A stretch of DNA of 64,000 bases from Photobacterium sp. (lineage in GTDB: Bacteria; Pseudomonadota; Gammaproteobacteria; Enterobacterales; Vibrionaceae), in the NCBI RefSeq assembly GCF_033720175.1, contig NZ_JAWWDA010000018.1, forward strand, positions 12,556 through 76,555, in the 5' to 3' direction. Both the position numbers and the translations under genes were made by a program. This document shows, one piece after another, positions 23,103-32,269 of this stretch. How positions within the stretch are numbered: the stretch's first letter is position 1; each line of letters starts with the position of its first letter. Under the pieces are notes generated by a model. The model worked only from the letters and a program-made list of their open reading frames with translations, was not told the DNA's origin and did not search any database.

Positions 23103-23681
23103 TTATCGCTGCATTAGAGGACGGATACGTTTTTCGACCGCCTCTCGTGCACGGAATATTCGTGATCTTACTGTACCCACAGGACAACCCATCACCTCGG
23201 CAATATCCTCATAGCTTAAACCATCCAGTTCACGCAAGGAGATCGCGGTTTTAAGATCGTCAGGTAATGCATCAATGGTACTAAAGACAACCCGCTTTAA
23301 TTCATCAGACAACATTTGGTTCTCAGGGTTCGAAATTTCTTTCAATGCATTGCCATTTTCATAGTATTCCGCATCTTCAGCATTAACATCGGATGCTGGC
23401 GGACGGCGCCCCTGAGCGACTAAATAATTCTTCGCAGTATTAACAGCAATACGGTATAGCCATGTATAAAAGGCACTTTCGCCACGAAAAGTCGGCAAGG
23501 CGCGATACGCCTTAATGAAAGCTTCTTGCGCAACATCCGGGACATCGCCCGAGTTGCTGACATAACGTGCGACGAGGTTACAAACTTTATTCTGGTACTT
23601 AATCACCAGAAGATTAAACGCTTGCTTATCGCCTCGTTGTACTCGTTCTATTAATACCTGATCTGTTTGCTGCTCGCTCAT
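23103..23681 (-). CDS. rpoE: RNA polymerase sigma-E (sigma-24)
   Basis: 192 aa ECF sigma with regions 2 and 4; followed by rseABC. Confidence 0.95.
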   Translation of the reverse strand: MSEQQTDQVLIERVQRGDKQAFNLLVIKYQNKVCNLVARYVSNSGDVPDVAQEAFIKAYRALPTFRGESAFYTWLYRIAVNTAKNYLVAQGRRPPASDVNAEDAEYYENGNALKEISNPENQMLSDELKRVVFSTIDALPDDLKTAISLRELDGLSYEDIAEVMGCPVGTVRSRIFRAREAVEKRIRPLMQR

Positions 23682-23826
23682 TCGAGCGTGTACTCCTATA
23701 TCAGTATTGCACTCGTTGTTTCATTAAAGCTTTAGCCTGGCATGGGTTGAATGTCGCTTTCAACACCCTCTACAACCACGGGTCAAATAGCAACAGTATG
23801 AAACATTTATGAGCATGAGCACTATC

Positions 23827-23854
23827 TACGACCCAGAGATAACGGCAAAGTTCC
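23827..23854 (-). promoter_or_regulatory. candidate sigma-E-dependent promoter upstream of rpoE
   Basis: The minus strand reads GGAACTT (23854-23848), then 16 nt, then TCGTA (23831-27). The E. coli rpoE P2 pattern is GGAACTT-N16-TCTAA. Lies about 145 nt upstream of the rpoE ATG. Confidence 0.5.
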
Positions 23855-24141
23855 GGACCGGATGAAATAAGATCTCAACAATAGTGCGCGATTTTTTTAT
23901 CACGATGGCGCATTATACAGCGATAAGTGCGTAACGTTATACCAATTCCATTAATTATCAGAGTAATTAAGAGCCTGTCATCGGTGTTCAAACAAGCTCA
24001 GACTTTTTACATTAAGACTATTGGCTCTATATTGTGATTATTTTCTCCTAATTGATGGTAATTGGTATTTGATGGTCACAATGACCAATCCAGATGGAAT
24101 TTGGTAAGATGTGGCGGATTGCCACAGGGATATGAATCGAT

Positions 24142-25764
24142 ATGAACGAAAACAGTGAACATCTTTGTGATGTATTAGTTATTGGTAGCGGTGCTGCTGG
24201 TTTATCACTTGCGCTGCGCTTAGCACCACTCGGTAAAGTTATCGTCTTAAGCAAAGGCCCGCGTAGTGAAGGCGCCACCTATTACGCTCAGGGTGGCATC
24301 GCCGCAGTCTTTGATGAATCAGACAGCATTGATTCTCACGTTCAGGACACTCAGGTTGCCGGTGCCAATTTGTGCGATGAAGCTATCGTTCGCTTTATTG
24401 CCGAAAATGCCAAACACTGTGTACAGTGGCTGATTGATGGCGGCGTGCCTTTCGATCGTGAAGAAAACAACAATGACGATAACAGCCCTCGTTATCATCT
24501 CACCCGTGAAGGCGGCCATAGCCACCGTCGAATTTTACATGCCGCTGATGCAACGGGCATGGCCGTACAGAACTCGCTGCAGGAAAACGTTCTTAACCAC
24601 CCTAATATCGAAGTCTTAGAGCGCCATAACGCACTCGATTTAATTACCCAGCAGAAAATGGGCAACCATGATCACCCTAACCGCGTGCTGGGTGCATACA
24701 TCTGGAACCGAAATCGCGAAGTGGTTGAAACCGTTCGCGCTAAGTTTGTGGTGTTAGCCACTGGTGGTGCTTCAAAAGTTTATCAGTATACCTCCAATCC
24801 GGATGTCTCATCCGGCGATGGCATTGCCATGGCCTGGCGGGCGGGCTGCCGCGTTGCCAACCTCGAATTTAATCAGTTCCATCCAACCTGTCTGTTTCAC
24901 CCGGATGCCCGTAACTTCCTGCTAACAGAAGCACTTCGTGGCGAAGGGGCCTATTTGCGCCGCCCAGATGGCAGCCGTTTTATGCCTGATTTCGATGAGC
25001 GTGGCGAACTGGCACCGCGTGATGTCGTGGCACGGGCAATTGACTATGAGATGAAGCGCCTAGGTGCCGACTGCATGTATTTGGATATCAGTCATAAGCC
25101 AGAGGATTTTGTCAAAAAACATTTTCCGATGATTTATGAAAAACTGTTGGGTTACAGCATTGATATTACCAAAGAGCCCATCCCTATCGTCCCTGCCGCC
25201 CACTACACCTGTGGCGGTGTCATGGTTGATACTGAAGGCCGTACGGATCTGGATGGCCTGTACGCAATAGGCGAGGTGAGCTATACCGGCTTGCACGGTG
25301 CAAACCGCATGGCGTCTAACTCTCTGCTCGAATGTGTGGTGTATGCCTGGGCTGCCGCAGAAAGCATTACTAAGAAACTGGAGCACGTCAGCATGCCCGG
25401 CTCACTGCCGAGCTGGGATGAAAGCCAGGTTTGCTGTTCCGATGAAGAAGTTGTCATTCAGCACAACTGGCATGAACTACGCCTGTTCATGTGGGACTAT
25501 GTCGGCATTGTGCGCTCAACCAAACGGTTAGAACGGGCAATGCGCCGTATTCAGCTCCTCAAGCAGGAAATCGATGAGTACTACAGTAATTTCCGAGTAT
25601 CCAACAACCTGCTGGAACTGAGAAACCTGGTACAGGTCGCAGAGCTGATCGTTCGCTGCGCCATGGAACGAAAAGAAAGCCGCGGCCTGCATTACACCTT
25701 GGATTACCAAGAATCCAAAGCCGATTCAGGCCCGACCATCCTGACGCCTGATCAGCCGTGTTAA
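24142..25764 (+). CDS. nadB: L-aspartate oxidase
   Basis: FAD motif [11 protein letters not shown]; 540 aa; divergent from rpoE as in E. coli. Confidence 0.95.
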   Translation: MNENSEHLCDVLVIGSGAAGLSLALRLAPLGKVIVLSKGPRSEGATYYAQGGIAAVFDESDSIDSHVQDTQVAGANLCDEAIVRFIAENAKHCVQWLIDGGVPFDREENNNDDNSPRYHLTREGGHSHRRILHAADATGMAVQNSLQENVLNHPNIEVLERHNALDLITQQKMGNHDHPNRVLGAYIWNRNREVVETVRAKFVVLATGGASKVYQYTSNPDVSSGDGIAMAWRAGCRVANLEFNQFHPTCLFHPDARNFLLTEALRGEGAYLRRPDGSRFMPDFDERGELAPRDVVARAIDYEMKRLGADCMYLDISHKPEDFVKKHFPMIYEKLLGYSIDITKEPIPIVPAAHYTCGGVMVDTEGRTDLDGLYAIGEVSYTGLHGANRMASNSLLECVVYAWAAAESITKKLEHVSMPGSLPSWDESQVCCSDEEVVIQHNWHELRLFMWDYVGIVRSTKRLERAMRRIQLLKQEIDEYYSNFRVSNNLLELRNLVQVAELIVRCAMERKESRGLHYTLDYQESKADSGPTILTPDQPC

Positions 25765-25783
25765 GCAACACCGAAACTAGAAT

Positions 25784-25815
25784 AAAAAAATCCCAGCGTT
25801 AGCTGGGATTTTTTA
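25784..25815. terminator. bidirectional intrinsic terminator shared by nadB (+) and the MCP gene (-)
   Basis: Stem ATCCCAGC/GCTGGGAT (25790-25797 / 25802-25809) flanked by an A run and a T run. Confidence 0.85.
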
Positions 25816-25846
25816 TTGTCAGGGGCCAACAGATCCTTGTGCCAGC

Positions 25847-27676
25847 TTAAACCCGATACTCCGCAATAGCCTCATCGAGTGATTTCGCCTGATCGGCCAC
25901 CGCATAGGCAGCCTGGGCATTTTCGTGGGCAACATCTGAATTGGTATTGGTAATATCACGGATCGACGTCACGTTCTGGCCAATTTCATCAGAAACCAGG
26001 CTCTGCTGCTCAACGGCCGCGGCGATCTGGGTACTGGTATCCATGATCAACTGCATATCTGTCATGATCTGGTTAATTCTTACTTCCGCACTGTCTGCCT
26101 GAGTAACACTCAGATCCCCTTGCTCACGACAACGCCCGATATGTACCACCACCTGATCCGTCTGTTCCTGCAAAGAGGCAATGATCGTGGTAATTTCTTC
26201 GGTTGACTGACGTGTCCGCAGTGCCAGGGAACGTACCTCATCGGCAACCACAGCAAAGCCCCTGCCCTGCTCGCCCGCCCGGGCAGCTTCAATTGCCGCA
26301 TTCAGAGCCAGCAAGTTGGTCTGCTCAGCAATGGCTTTAATAACATCCAATACCGAACCAATGTTTTCAGACAAGTTCGACAGGCTGGCAACTTCATCAC
26401 TGGTCTGTGATAAATCGCCAGACAGCGAGCGAATGCGTTCTTTGGTGGCGCTCACCTCGGACAGACCTTCCATTGCACCATGGTGGCTGCGATCTGCGTT
26501 CGCGGCAGCAGTTTCAGTATTCGATGCAATTTCACGAATAGTCATCCCCATTTCAGTGATCGCGGTGGCGACTGAATCGGTTTCTGCCTGCTGCTGGTTC
26601 ATTGCCATCTCGGATTCTTTACTGCGGCGCTGCAACTGCTCTGACGCCACACCAAGCTCGGTGATCGCCCCCTGAACATTGCCCACCAGCTGGCGCAGGC
26701 TCGATAACAGATGGTTAAAATTACGTGCCATCTGCGCCAGTTCATCGTCGCCGCTCTCATCAGCAATCAGTGTCAGATCATGGCTATGGGCAATGGTTGC
26801 CATCAAATCACTCAGCCCCTGAACCCGGCGCTGAATTGAACGACTGATCAGCCAAGACAACATCAAGAGTGCAATGATAATGATTACCACCGCAATGATA
26901 ATCAACTGCTTGGTTAGCTTGCTATCCGCCGCAATTTCCTCAGCCAGCTGCTGCTGGACATCAGCGAACACTTTTTCGACCTGATGGGATAGCGCCCGGA
27001 TTTCACCGCGCAAGCCATCATTGTGGTTCATCCCAATCAGTTCATGTTGTGCAACAATCTGTTCGAAAGTACGATGAAAATCAACAAATATATCGCCAAA
27101 ATCCTGCTCTAACAGCAGTCCGTTTTTCTCATAATCCGCACGGTATTCGTTCAGATAATTGGCGTCTTTAGTCAGGGTAAACAGCTTCGCGGTCAGTGTT
27201 AAGCTATAGATTTCCAATGTATCTAAGTTCTGTTTATCAGCAATCCCTAGCAATTGATCCGCACGGGAAAAAAATGGACGATGCAGTCCTTCGTTATGAC
27301 TGAGTCCAATCTTCTGATACCCTTTTATCAGCGTTATCATACCGTCATGATAACGTTCCATCGCCCCCGGCAGTGCCTGCAATCCAGAGATGGCGATGGA
27401 TGCCTCTGCCAGATCTCCCGACATATCGGCCAATTGCGCCTGAAAACGGGTGTAGTTAGCCTGAAATTTCGGCTGGTATTTACTATCCATTCGCAACAGG
27501 AAGTCCTTCTCGTTCCGACGCAGATTTAATAGTGTGACTTCCAGCTCGCTGGCAGAAACGGCGGTATGATTCATCGCCATCACGCGTTCGTTGGCGAGCC
27601 AGCTCATTTCTAAAATCAACAGTAACGCCGTCACAGAGATAACGGTTAATCCCAGTAGCTTATGTTTTATTTTCAT
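25847..27676 (-). CDS. methyl-accepting chemotaxis protein (helical periplasmic sensor, HAMP, signalling domain)
   Basis: Two TM segments, LRRNEKDF-type helical ligand-binding region, conserved signalling hairpin EQTNLLALNAAIEAARAGEQGRGFAVVADEVR. Confidence 0.9.
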   Translation of the reverse strand: MKIKHKLLGLTVISVTALLLILEMSWLANERVMAMNHTAVSASELEVTLLNLRRNEKDFLLRMDSKYQPKFQANYTRFQAQLADMSGDLAEASIAISGLQALPGAMERYHDGMITLIKGYQKIGLSHNEGLHRPFFSRADQLLGIADKQNLDTLEIYSLTLTAKLFTLTKDANYLNEYRADYEKNGLLLEQDFGDIFVDFHRTFEQIVAQHELIGMNHNDGLRGEIRALSHQVEKVFADVQQQLAEEIAADSKLTKQLIIIAVVIIIIALLMLSWLISRSIQRRVQGLSDLMATIAHSHDLTLIADESGDDELAQMARNFNHLLSSLRQLVGNVQGAITELGVASEQLQRRSKESEMAMNQQQAETDSVATAITEMGMTIREIASNTETAAANADRSHHGAMEGLSEVSATKERIRSLSGDLSQTSDEVASLSNLSENIGSVLDVIKAIAEQTNLLALNAAIEAARAGEQGRGFAVVADEVRSLALRTRQSTEEITTIIASLQEQTDQVVVHIGRCREQGDLSVTQADSAEVRINQIMTDMQLIMDTSTQIAAAVEQQSLVSDEIGQNVTSIRDITNTNSDVAHENAQAAYAVADQAKSLDEAIAEYRV

Positions 27677-27870
27677 TGCAAATACATTCCGCCTGATTTC
27701 ATCTACCGCCGACTAACGATAGAGGTACTATAGTTAATCGACCAGACAGGGCTTATCTTTAATAGGTAGCGTTAAATAATAAGGAGAAAAAAGCCATCTA
27801 TAAAATAAAAAACCAAAAATCAGAGAATTACAACCAATTACATCTGCTAGGTGTTTTGTATTACCGCTTT

Positions 27871-28299
27871 TTAAGGTGAATGAAAGTCAGCATTGCGACA
27901 CAATAAACTCAGGGTACGAAAGTCTTTGTCATCACAGGCATCATGACAGATCAGCAACCAACGCTGCTGCGCGGCTTGTTTCACCTTTAGCAAGATAAAA
28001 AAACGTGTGATCACTTTGATTTGGATGATTTGCCAGGACTGTCGCTGCCAGGTGACCTGCCCCGACACAGTGATACTGATACGGCCTTGATGCCGAAAAC
28101 TGTACTGCCATAGCTGAAGCCATTCGAGCCACAAGCATTCAATAATAATAACCGCGGCAATGAAGGGAATCGAAGAGCGCAAGACAGCAAGCAGAAGAAA
28201 CATTGCCGCACAAAGATATAACAGGCTCAGTGCGGCAATTGTCAGTTTGGACGGACGTAATAAAAGATCAGCGAAGTTTGCTGTTGTTGTGGGCAACAA
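27871..28299 (-). CDS. ygfX: YgfX/CptA family inner-membrane protein
   Basis: Two predicted TM helices; 142 aa; immediately downstream of sdhE as in E. coli. No ATG is available, so the start is TTG at 28299 (or 28296), overlapping the sdhE 3' end by about 30 nt. Confidence 0.65.
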   Translation of the reverse strand: MLPTTTANFADLLLRPSKLTIAALSLLYLCAAMFLLLAVLRSSIPFIAAVIIIECLWLEWLQLWQYSFRHQGRISITVSGQVTWQRQSWQIIQIKVITRFFILLKVKQAAQQRWLLICHDACDDKDFRTLSLLCRNADFHSP

Positions 28300-28528
28300 T
28301 TTTGTCCACCATTACCGCATGCGCTGGATTTTCACTACGACCGTGACCCATCATCCAGGTGAACAAATCAGGATCGTCACATGTCAGTAATGAGACTAAA
28401 TCGTGTTGTTCCTGCCCTGACAAATCGTCAAAACACTCTTCAAAAAAAGGCATGATAAGCACATCTAGCTCAAGCATACCACGTCGGCATGCCCATTTAA
28501 GGCGTGCTTTTTCATCTGCACTCAACAT
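28268..28528 (-). CDS. sdhE: FAD assembly factor SdhE (YgfY/CptB)
   Basis: WACRRGMLELD (RGxxE motif) and CDDPDLFTWMMGHG. ATG 28528 is preceded by GAGG. Confidence 0.9.
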   Translation of the reverse strand: MLSADEKARLKWACRRGMLELDVLIMPFFEECFDDLSGQEQHDLVSLLTCDDPDLFTWMMGHGRSENPAHAVMVDKIVAHNNSKLR

Positions 28529-28882
28529 ATACAACCTCAATTATCTGTCTGACCGTTCCTGGCGAAAAGCAGGTTTGCCCTATACCGCGCTAGGATTTGT
28601 AACCAATATTAACAGCCGCTTCCCCCCTCGACCATGAGCAAAAACAAGCAAACAACCAAGATGAGACATATGATCAAAAAATAGTACGATACTTCAGTCA
28701 GGTATTATTTGCGATAATGACGTCAACAGGCTGACAAATGGTAGCCGGCGATTTAACATAGTGGTCATAAAGTTATTCACCATCTCTTTGTGATGGCCAG
28801 TCTCACCCCTGCCGTTTCATTGCCTCACAAGCAAGAAACCGTAATTTGAGCTGCCGTTACAACGTTAATCATGGAATGTCCT

Positions 28883-29872
28883 ATGAGCACCTGGTCTAAC
28901 GCACTGAATTTCAAAAAAATCCCATTGACAGCACAAGATAACCTGCCAGACCTGGCGTTGGTTAATCTGGATGATTGGGGTCTGATCACCCTGATCGGCG
29001 ATGATAAAAAATCCTACCTGCAAGGTCAGGTAACCTGTGATGTGGTTTCCTTACCGGCAGATGCTTCAATCTTAGGAGCACATTGTGATGCCAAGGGCAA
29101 AATGCGCACAATCTTCCGCTTGTTCAACCACAATAACGGTTATGGTTTTCTACAACGCAAAAGCGTAATGGCCAGCCAACTGCCTGAACTTAAGAAATAC
29201 GCGGTTTTCTCTAAGGTTGATATCGAGGCAAGCGATGACGTATTACTTGGCTTAACGGGAGACAAGGCACAAACTGTCGTTGATCAACTTTTTACCAGCG
29301 AAGGTGAGGTACGCGCTATTCAAGCAGGTACCGCAGTTAAAATTGACGATAACCGTTGGTTGGTTGCTGTCGCCGCAGAGCAAGCAGAAACGGTCGTCAA
29401 CGCCATTGTTGAAGCCTGCAATGACGTACGGCTATCTGATAGCACGCTGTGGGATCTGTACGATATTCAATATGCGATTCCCCGTATAGATGCCGCAACA
29501 GAACTTGAATTCATTCCCCAGGCAATGAACTTGCAAGCCGTCGATGGCATCAGCTTTAAAAAAGGCTGCTACACCGGTCAGGAAACGGTCGCGCGCGCTA
29601 AGTACCGTGGCATCAATAAACGTGCAATGTATGTCGTCAGTGGTGAAGCGGCGCAATGCCCGCAGGCAGGTGATGCATTAGAGCGAAACATCGGTGAAAA
29701 CTGGCGTAAAGGCGGCACGATCATTGCCGGTTATCACTATGCCGATAACCAGGCCGTCGCCCTCGTTGTACTGCCAAACAACCTGGATGCAGATACCCGA
29801 TTCCGTCTTGCTGCTCAACCAGAATTCATCTGGACGAAGCAGGATCTGCCTTACACGTTGGATGACGAGTAA
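28883..29872 (+). CDS. ygfZ: folate-binding tRNA-modification / Fe-S repair protein YgfZ
   Basis: AHCDAKGKM, LKKYAVFSKV and ISFKKGCYTGQE motifs match YgfZ. An alternative ATG lies at 28871. Confidence 0.9.
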   Translation: MSTWSNALNFKKIPLTAQDNLPDLALVNLDDWGLITLIGDDKKSYLQGQVTCDVVSLPADASILGAHCDAKGKMRTIFRLFNHNNGYGFLQRKSVMASQLPELKKYAVFSKVDIEASDDVLLGLTGDKAQTVVDQLFTSEGEVRAIQAGTAVKIDDNRWLVAVAAEQAETVVNAIVEACNDVRLSDSTLWDLYDIQYAIPRIDAATELEFIPQAMNLQAVDGISFKKGCYTGQETVARAKYRGINKRAMYVVSGEAAQCPQAGDALERNIGENWRKGGTIIAGYHYADNQAVALVVLPNNLDADTRFRLAAQPEFIWTKQDLPYTLDDE

Positions 29873-29875
29873 GTC

Positions 29876-30337
29876 ATGAACACATCCGTTATTGACTACC
29901 TAGAAAAAGAAGGGGTCGACTATCGACTTCTTCCCCACACGAAGCCGGCCAAAACCATTGCAGACGCGGCGCAAGAGCGCGGCGTCGCTCCGGAGCAGAT
30001 GGTGAAATCAATCCTGCTGCGCGACATGAGTGGTTTTCATGTCTTAGCCTGTGTACCGGGCCCCTCTCAGGTTGATCCGACCAAAGTACGTGCGATGTTT
30101 GGCTGTCGCCGCATGACCTGTGCCGATGCCACCGATGTCGAAAAAGTGACAGGCTTAGTGATCGGCACGGTGGCTCCGGTCGGATTAAAACACCCCTTGC
30201 CGCTCATTTTTGATCATGCGATTAAAAAGCACCATAAGGTCAACATCAGTAGTGGTGACCGCATGGCCGGTGTCGAACTGGAAACAGAAGATTTACTGAT
30301 GCTGTGCGATCCAATGTTCGCTGACATTTGTCGCTGA
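29876..30337 (+). CDS. YbaK/aminoacyl-tRNA-synthetase-associated (trans-editing) domain protein
   Basis: 153 aa with a YbaK/EbsC-like pattern (KSILLRD..., GTVAPVGL). ATG lies 3 nt after the ygfZ stop, suggesting coupling. Confidence 0.7.
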   Translation: MNTSVIDYLEKEGVDYRLLPHTKPAKTIADAAQERGVAPEQMVKSILLRDMSGFHVLACVPGPSQVDPTKVRAMFGCRRMTCADATDVEKVTGLVIGTVAPVGLKHPLPLIFDHAIKKHHKVNISSGDRMAGVELETEDLLMLCDPMFADICR

Positions 30338-30512
30338 CAGATTTTATTCACTCACGGCGGCCTTCTCACTGGCAACGACTTAGGGGCCGTTTTCTGTCTG
30401 GTTGACCACAATTTACGGCAACTGATTCATTTTGTTACATCCTGATGTGGCGTATCTAATAAAATGATCATTGACCTCTTTTGAATAGTTTTTCATCAAT
30501 GTAGAATAACCG

Positions 30513-30543
30513 CTCAATAAATGAATAAATTATATTTATTGAG
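30513..30543. promoter_or_regulatory. interrupted dyad CTCAATAAAT-N11-ATTTATTGAG (T-N11-A architecture) abutting the RBS of the zinc-ribbon gene
   Basis: Perfect 10-bp arms at 30513-30522 and 30534-30543. The right arm overlaps the GAG of GAGAAGGA (30541-30548). Confidence 0.4.
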
Positions 30544-30554
30544 AAGGATCCTCC

Positions 30555-30956
30555 ATGCCCCAGCAAATGATCAAGCAACAAGCGATCTCCTGTGATCAAT
30601 GTGACTACCAGATCAACAATGTTCATCCGAAATCTTACGTCATGGATCAACATGGCAACCGCGTTAACGCCAATTCTCTGAGTCACACCTTCGAAAACAT
30701 CTATGGTGTTAGCGAGCACACCATTAATGCCGTCCTCAACGGTAAAATTAACGATGCCGCTGCCGAAGCACTACACAAAATGATTTTGAATCTGAGTGGT
30801 AAGCTTTATACCCATAGCTGCCGGAAATGTGCCGCCCACTTTACGTTAGATCCCGCAAAAGATAAGTATGCCTGTCCGCACTGCTGGTCCCAGAGAATCG
30901 CTCAGATTAACGATGGGGATCACTGCCCTAAATGCGGTGAAGGCAAACTGAATTAA
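30555..30956 (+). CDS. hypothetical protein with four CxxC pairs (putative double zinc ribbon)
   Basis: Strong RBS GAGAAGGA and its own terminator. CDQC, CRKC, CPHC and CPKC motifs. No family recognised from memory. Confidence 0.6.
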   Translation: MPQQMIKQQAISCDQCDYQINNVHPKSYVMDQHGNRVNANSLSHTFENIYGVSEHTINAVLNGKINDAAAEALHKMILNLSGKLYTHSCRKCAAHFTLDPAKDKYACPHCWSQRIAQINDGDHCPKCGEGKLN

Positions 30957-30980
30957 ATTGGCGTTAATCCGTCCCCCGAC

Positions 30981-31012
30981 CATAAAGGCGCAGACGCGCC
31001 TTTATGTATTTT
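30981..31012 (+). terminator. intrinsic terminator after the zinc-ribbon gene
   Basis: 11-bp stem CATAAAGGCGC/GCGCCTTTATG (30981-30991 / 30996-31006) followed by TATTTT. Confidence 0.8.
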
Positions 31013-31095
31013 ACGCTTTAGAAATCGTCTTGTTGACTTTCCCCTGACTTATCAGCAGTGTATATGCCTGTTGGCAGAAGTGGGAACCAAGTAAT

Positions 31096-32034
31096 ATGAA
31101 AGATATCAACTGGCGTGGCGTTGACCTCAATTTGCTGGTGGCTTTTTCAGCCCTGATGGAAACCCGGAGCGTAACAAAAGCTGCTGCCAAGCTTTCAATT
31201 GGTCAGTCAGCAATGAGCCATAACCTGTCGCGATTGCGACTGCTGCTTAACGACCCGTTGTTTGAGCGTCAGGGTCATCAGATGATCGCCACTCAGAAAG
31301 CAGCTGAGTTGGCACCCACCATCGAAAATATCTTAAACCTGGTGACAACTCAGATTTTACAGCCAGGTAGTTTCGATCCTCTGCATTATTCAGGCACTGT
31401 CCGGATTGGCTTAACCGACTACGCCGAGCTACTGTTTGCGCCCGCTATCTTTGACGCCATCGCCCAGCTTTCCCCCCAGTGCCAGCTTAGCTTCTGCAAT
31501 GTGGATCGGAATAACTACAACGATAAGTTTAATGATCAGGACGTTGATATAGTGATCGGCTCTATGACTAACCTGCCAAAAGAATTAGTCAGCCAATATC
31601 TTTATACAGAAGATCATGTCTGCCTGTTTGACAGTGAAGCGACCGGACTAACAGCCCCGGTTAGCCTGGCACGTTATATCATCACCCCTCATGCCTTAGT
31701 AACGCCGGATGGTAAATTAGCCAGTCAAATCGATAATCAATTGCACGATCAGGGGTTCACCCGCCACATAGCGGTAGGGTCGAGTAACTTCCTGACTATA
31801 CGCCACCTGTTAAAAGGGCGGAACTTACTCTGCGTGGTGTCACAATTAATGGCACGACTGGATCTCTTCAATGACGAACTCATCCAGTGCCCGGCTCCGG
31901 TTGAGATCCCGGACTTTGATATCAATATGTTATGGCAACGTCGAAATAGCAGCCACCCAAAAATCGAGTGGCTGCGCCAAGTGGTCAGCAAGACCATTAC
32001 TCAACGAGTCGCATCCTTGCGTGGAGAAAAATGA
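31096..32034 (+). CDS. LysR-family transcriptional regulator
   Basis: N-terminal wHTH (DLNLLVAFSALMETRSVTKAAAKLSIGQSAMSHNLSRLR) plus a substrate-binding domain; 312 aa. Confidence 0.9.
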   Translation: MKDINWRGVDLNLLVAFSALMETRSVTKAAAKLSIGQSAMSHNLSRLRLLLNDPLFERQGHQMIATQKAAELAPTIENILNLVTTQILQPGSFDPLHYSGTVRIGLTDYAELLFAPAIFDAIAQLSPQCQLSFCNVDRNNYNDKFNDQDVDIVIGSMTNLPKELVSQYLYTEDHVCLFDSEATGLTAPVSLARYIITPHALVTPDGKLASQIDNQLHDQGFTRHIAVGSSNFLTIRHLLKGRNLLCVVSQLMARLDLFNDELIQCPAPVEIPDFDINMLWQRRNSSHPKIEWLRQVVSKTITQRVASLRGEK

Positions 32035-32068
32035 TGCAGTGAAAAATCTAAGCGCCTTGGCGGTAATA

Positions 32069-32269
32069 TCATACAGATCTAGCGCCAGGCTCCTGTATTT
32101 GATAAAGCCTGTGGGTATCACAAGGTTCGGCACAGTCGCACTCTTTATCAACACCGACGGTAGCCAAACCACCACAACTACCACTGATGGTTTTCTTTTT
32201 CACAATCCAGCCTATTGCCATTGCGGTAATTACCAACAAGAAAATAGCCAGTGTTAGTACAAAGAGCAT
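32069..32269 (-). CDS. NqrM-like (DUF539) small membrane protein with 4 Cys
   Basis: One TM helix (LFVLTLAIFLLVITAMAIGWIV), then GSCGG...CDCAEPC, the pattern I recall for NqrM. ATG directly follows the upstream stop (TAAATG). Confidence 0.6.
   Translation of the reverse strand: MLFVLTLAIFLLVITAMAIGWIVKKKTISGSCGGLATVGVDKECDCAEPCDTHRLYQIQEPGARSV

Noticed and set aside
30350-30395. A possible terminator after the first YbaK-like gene.
   Set aside because: There is only a 5-bp GC stem with a loop of about 25 nt before the TTTT tract, which is too weak to call.
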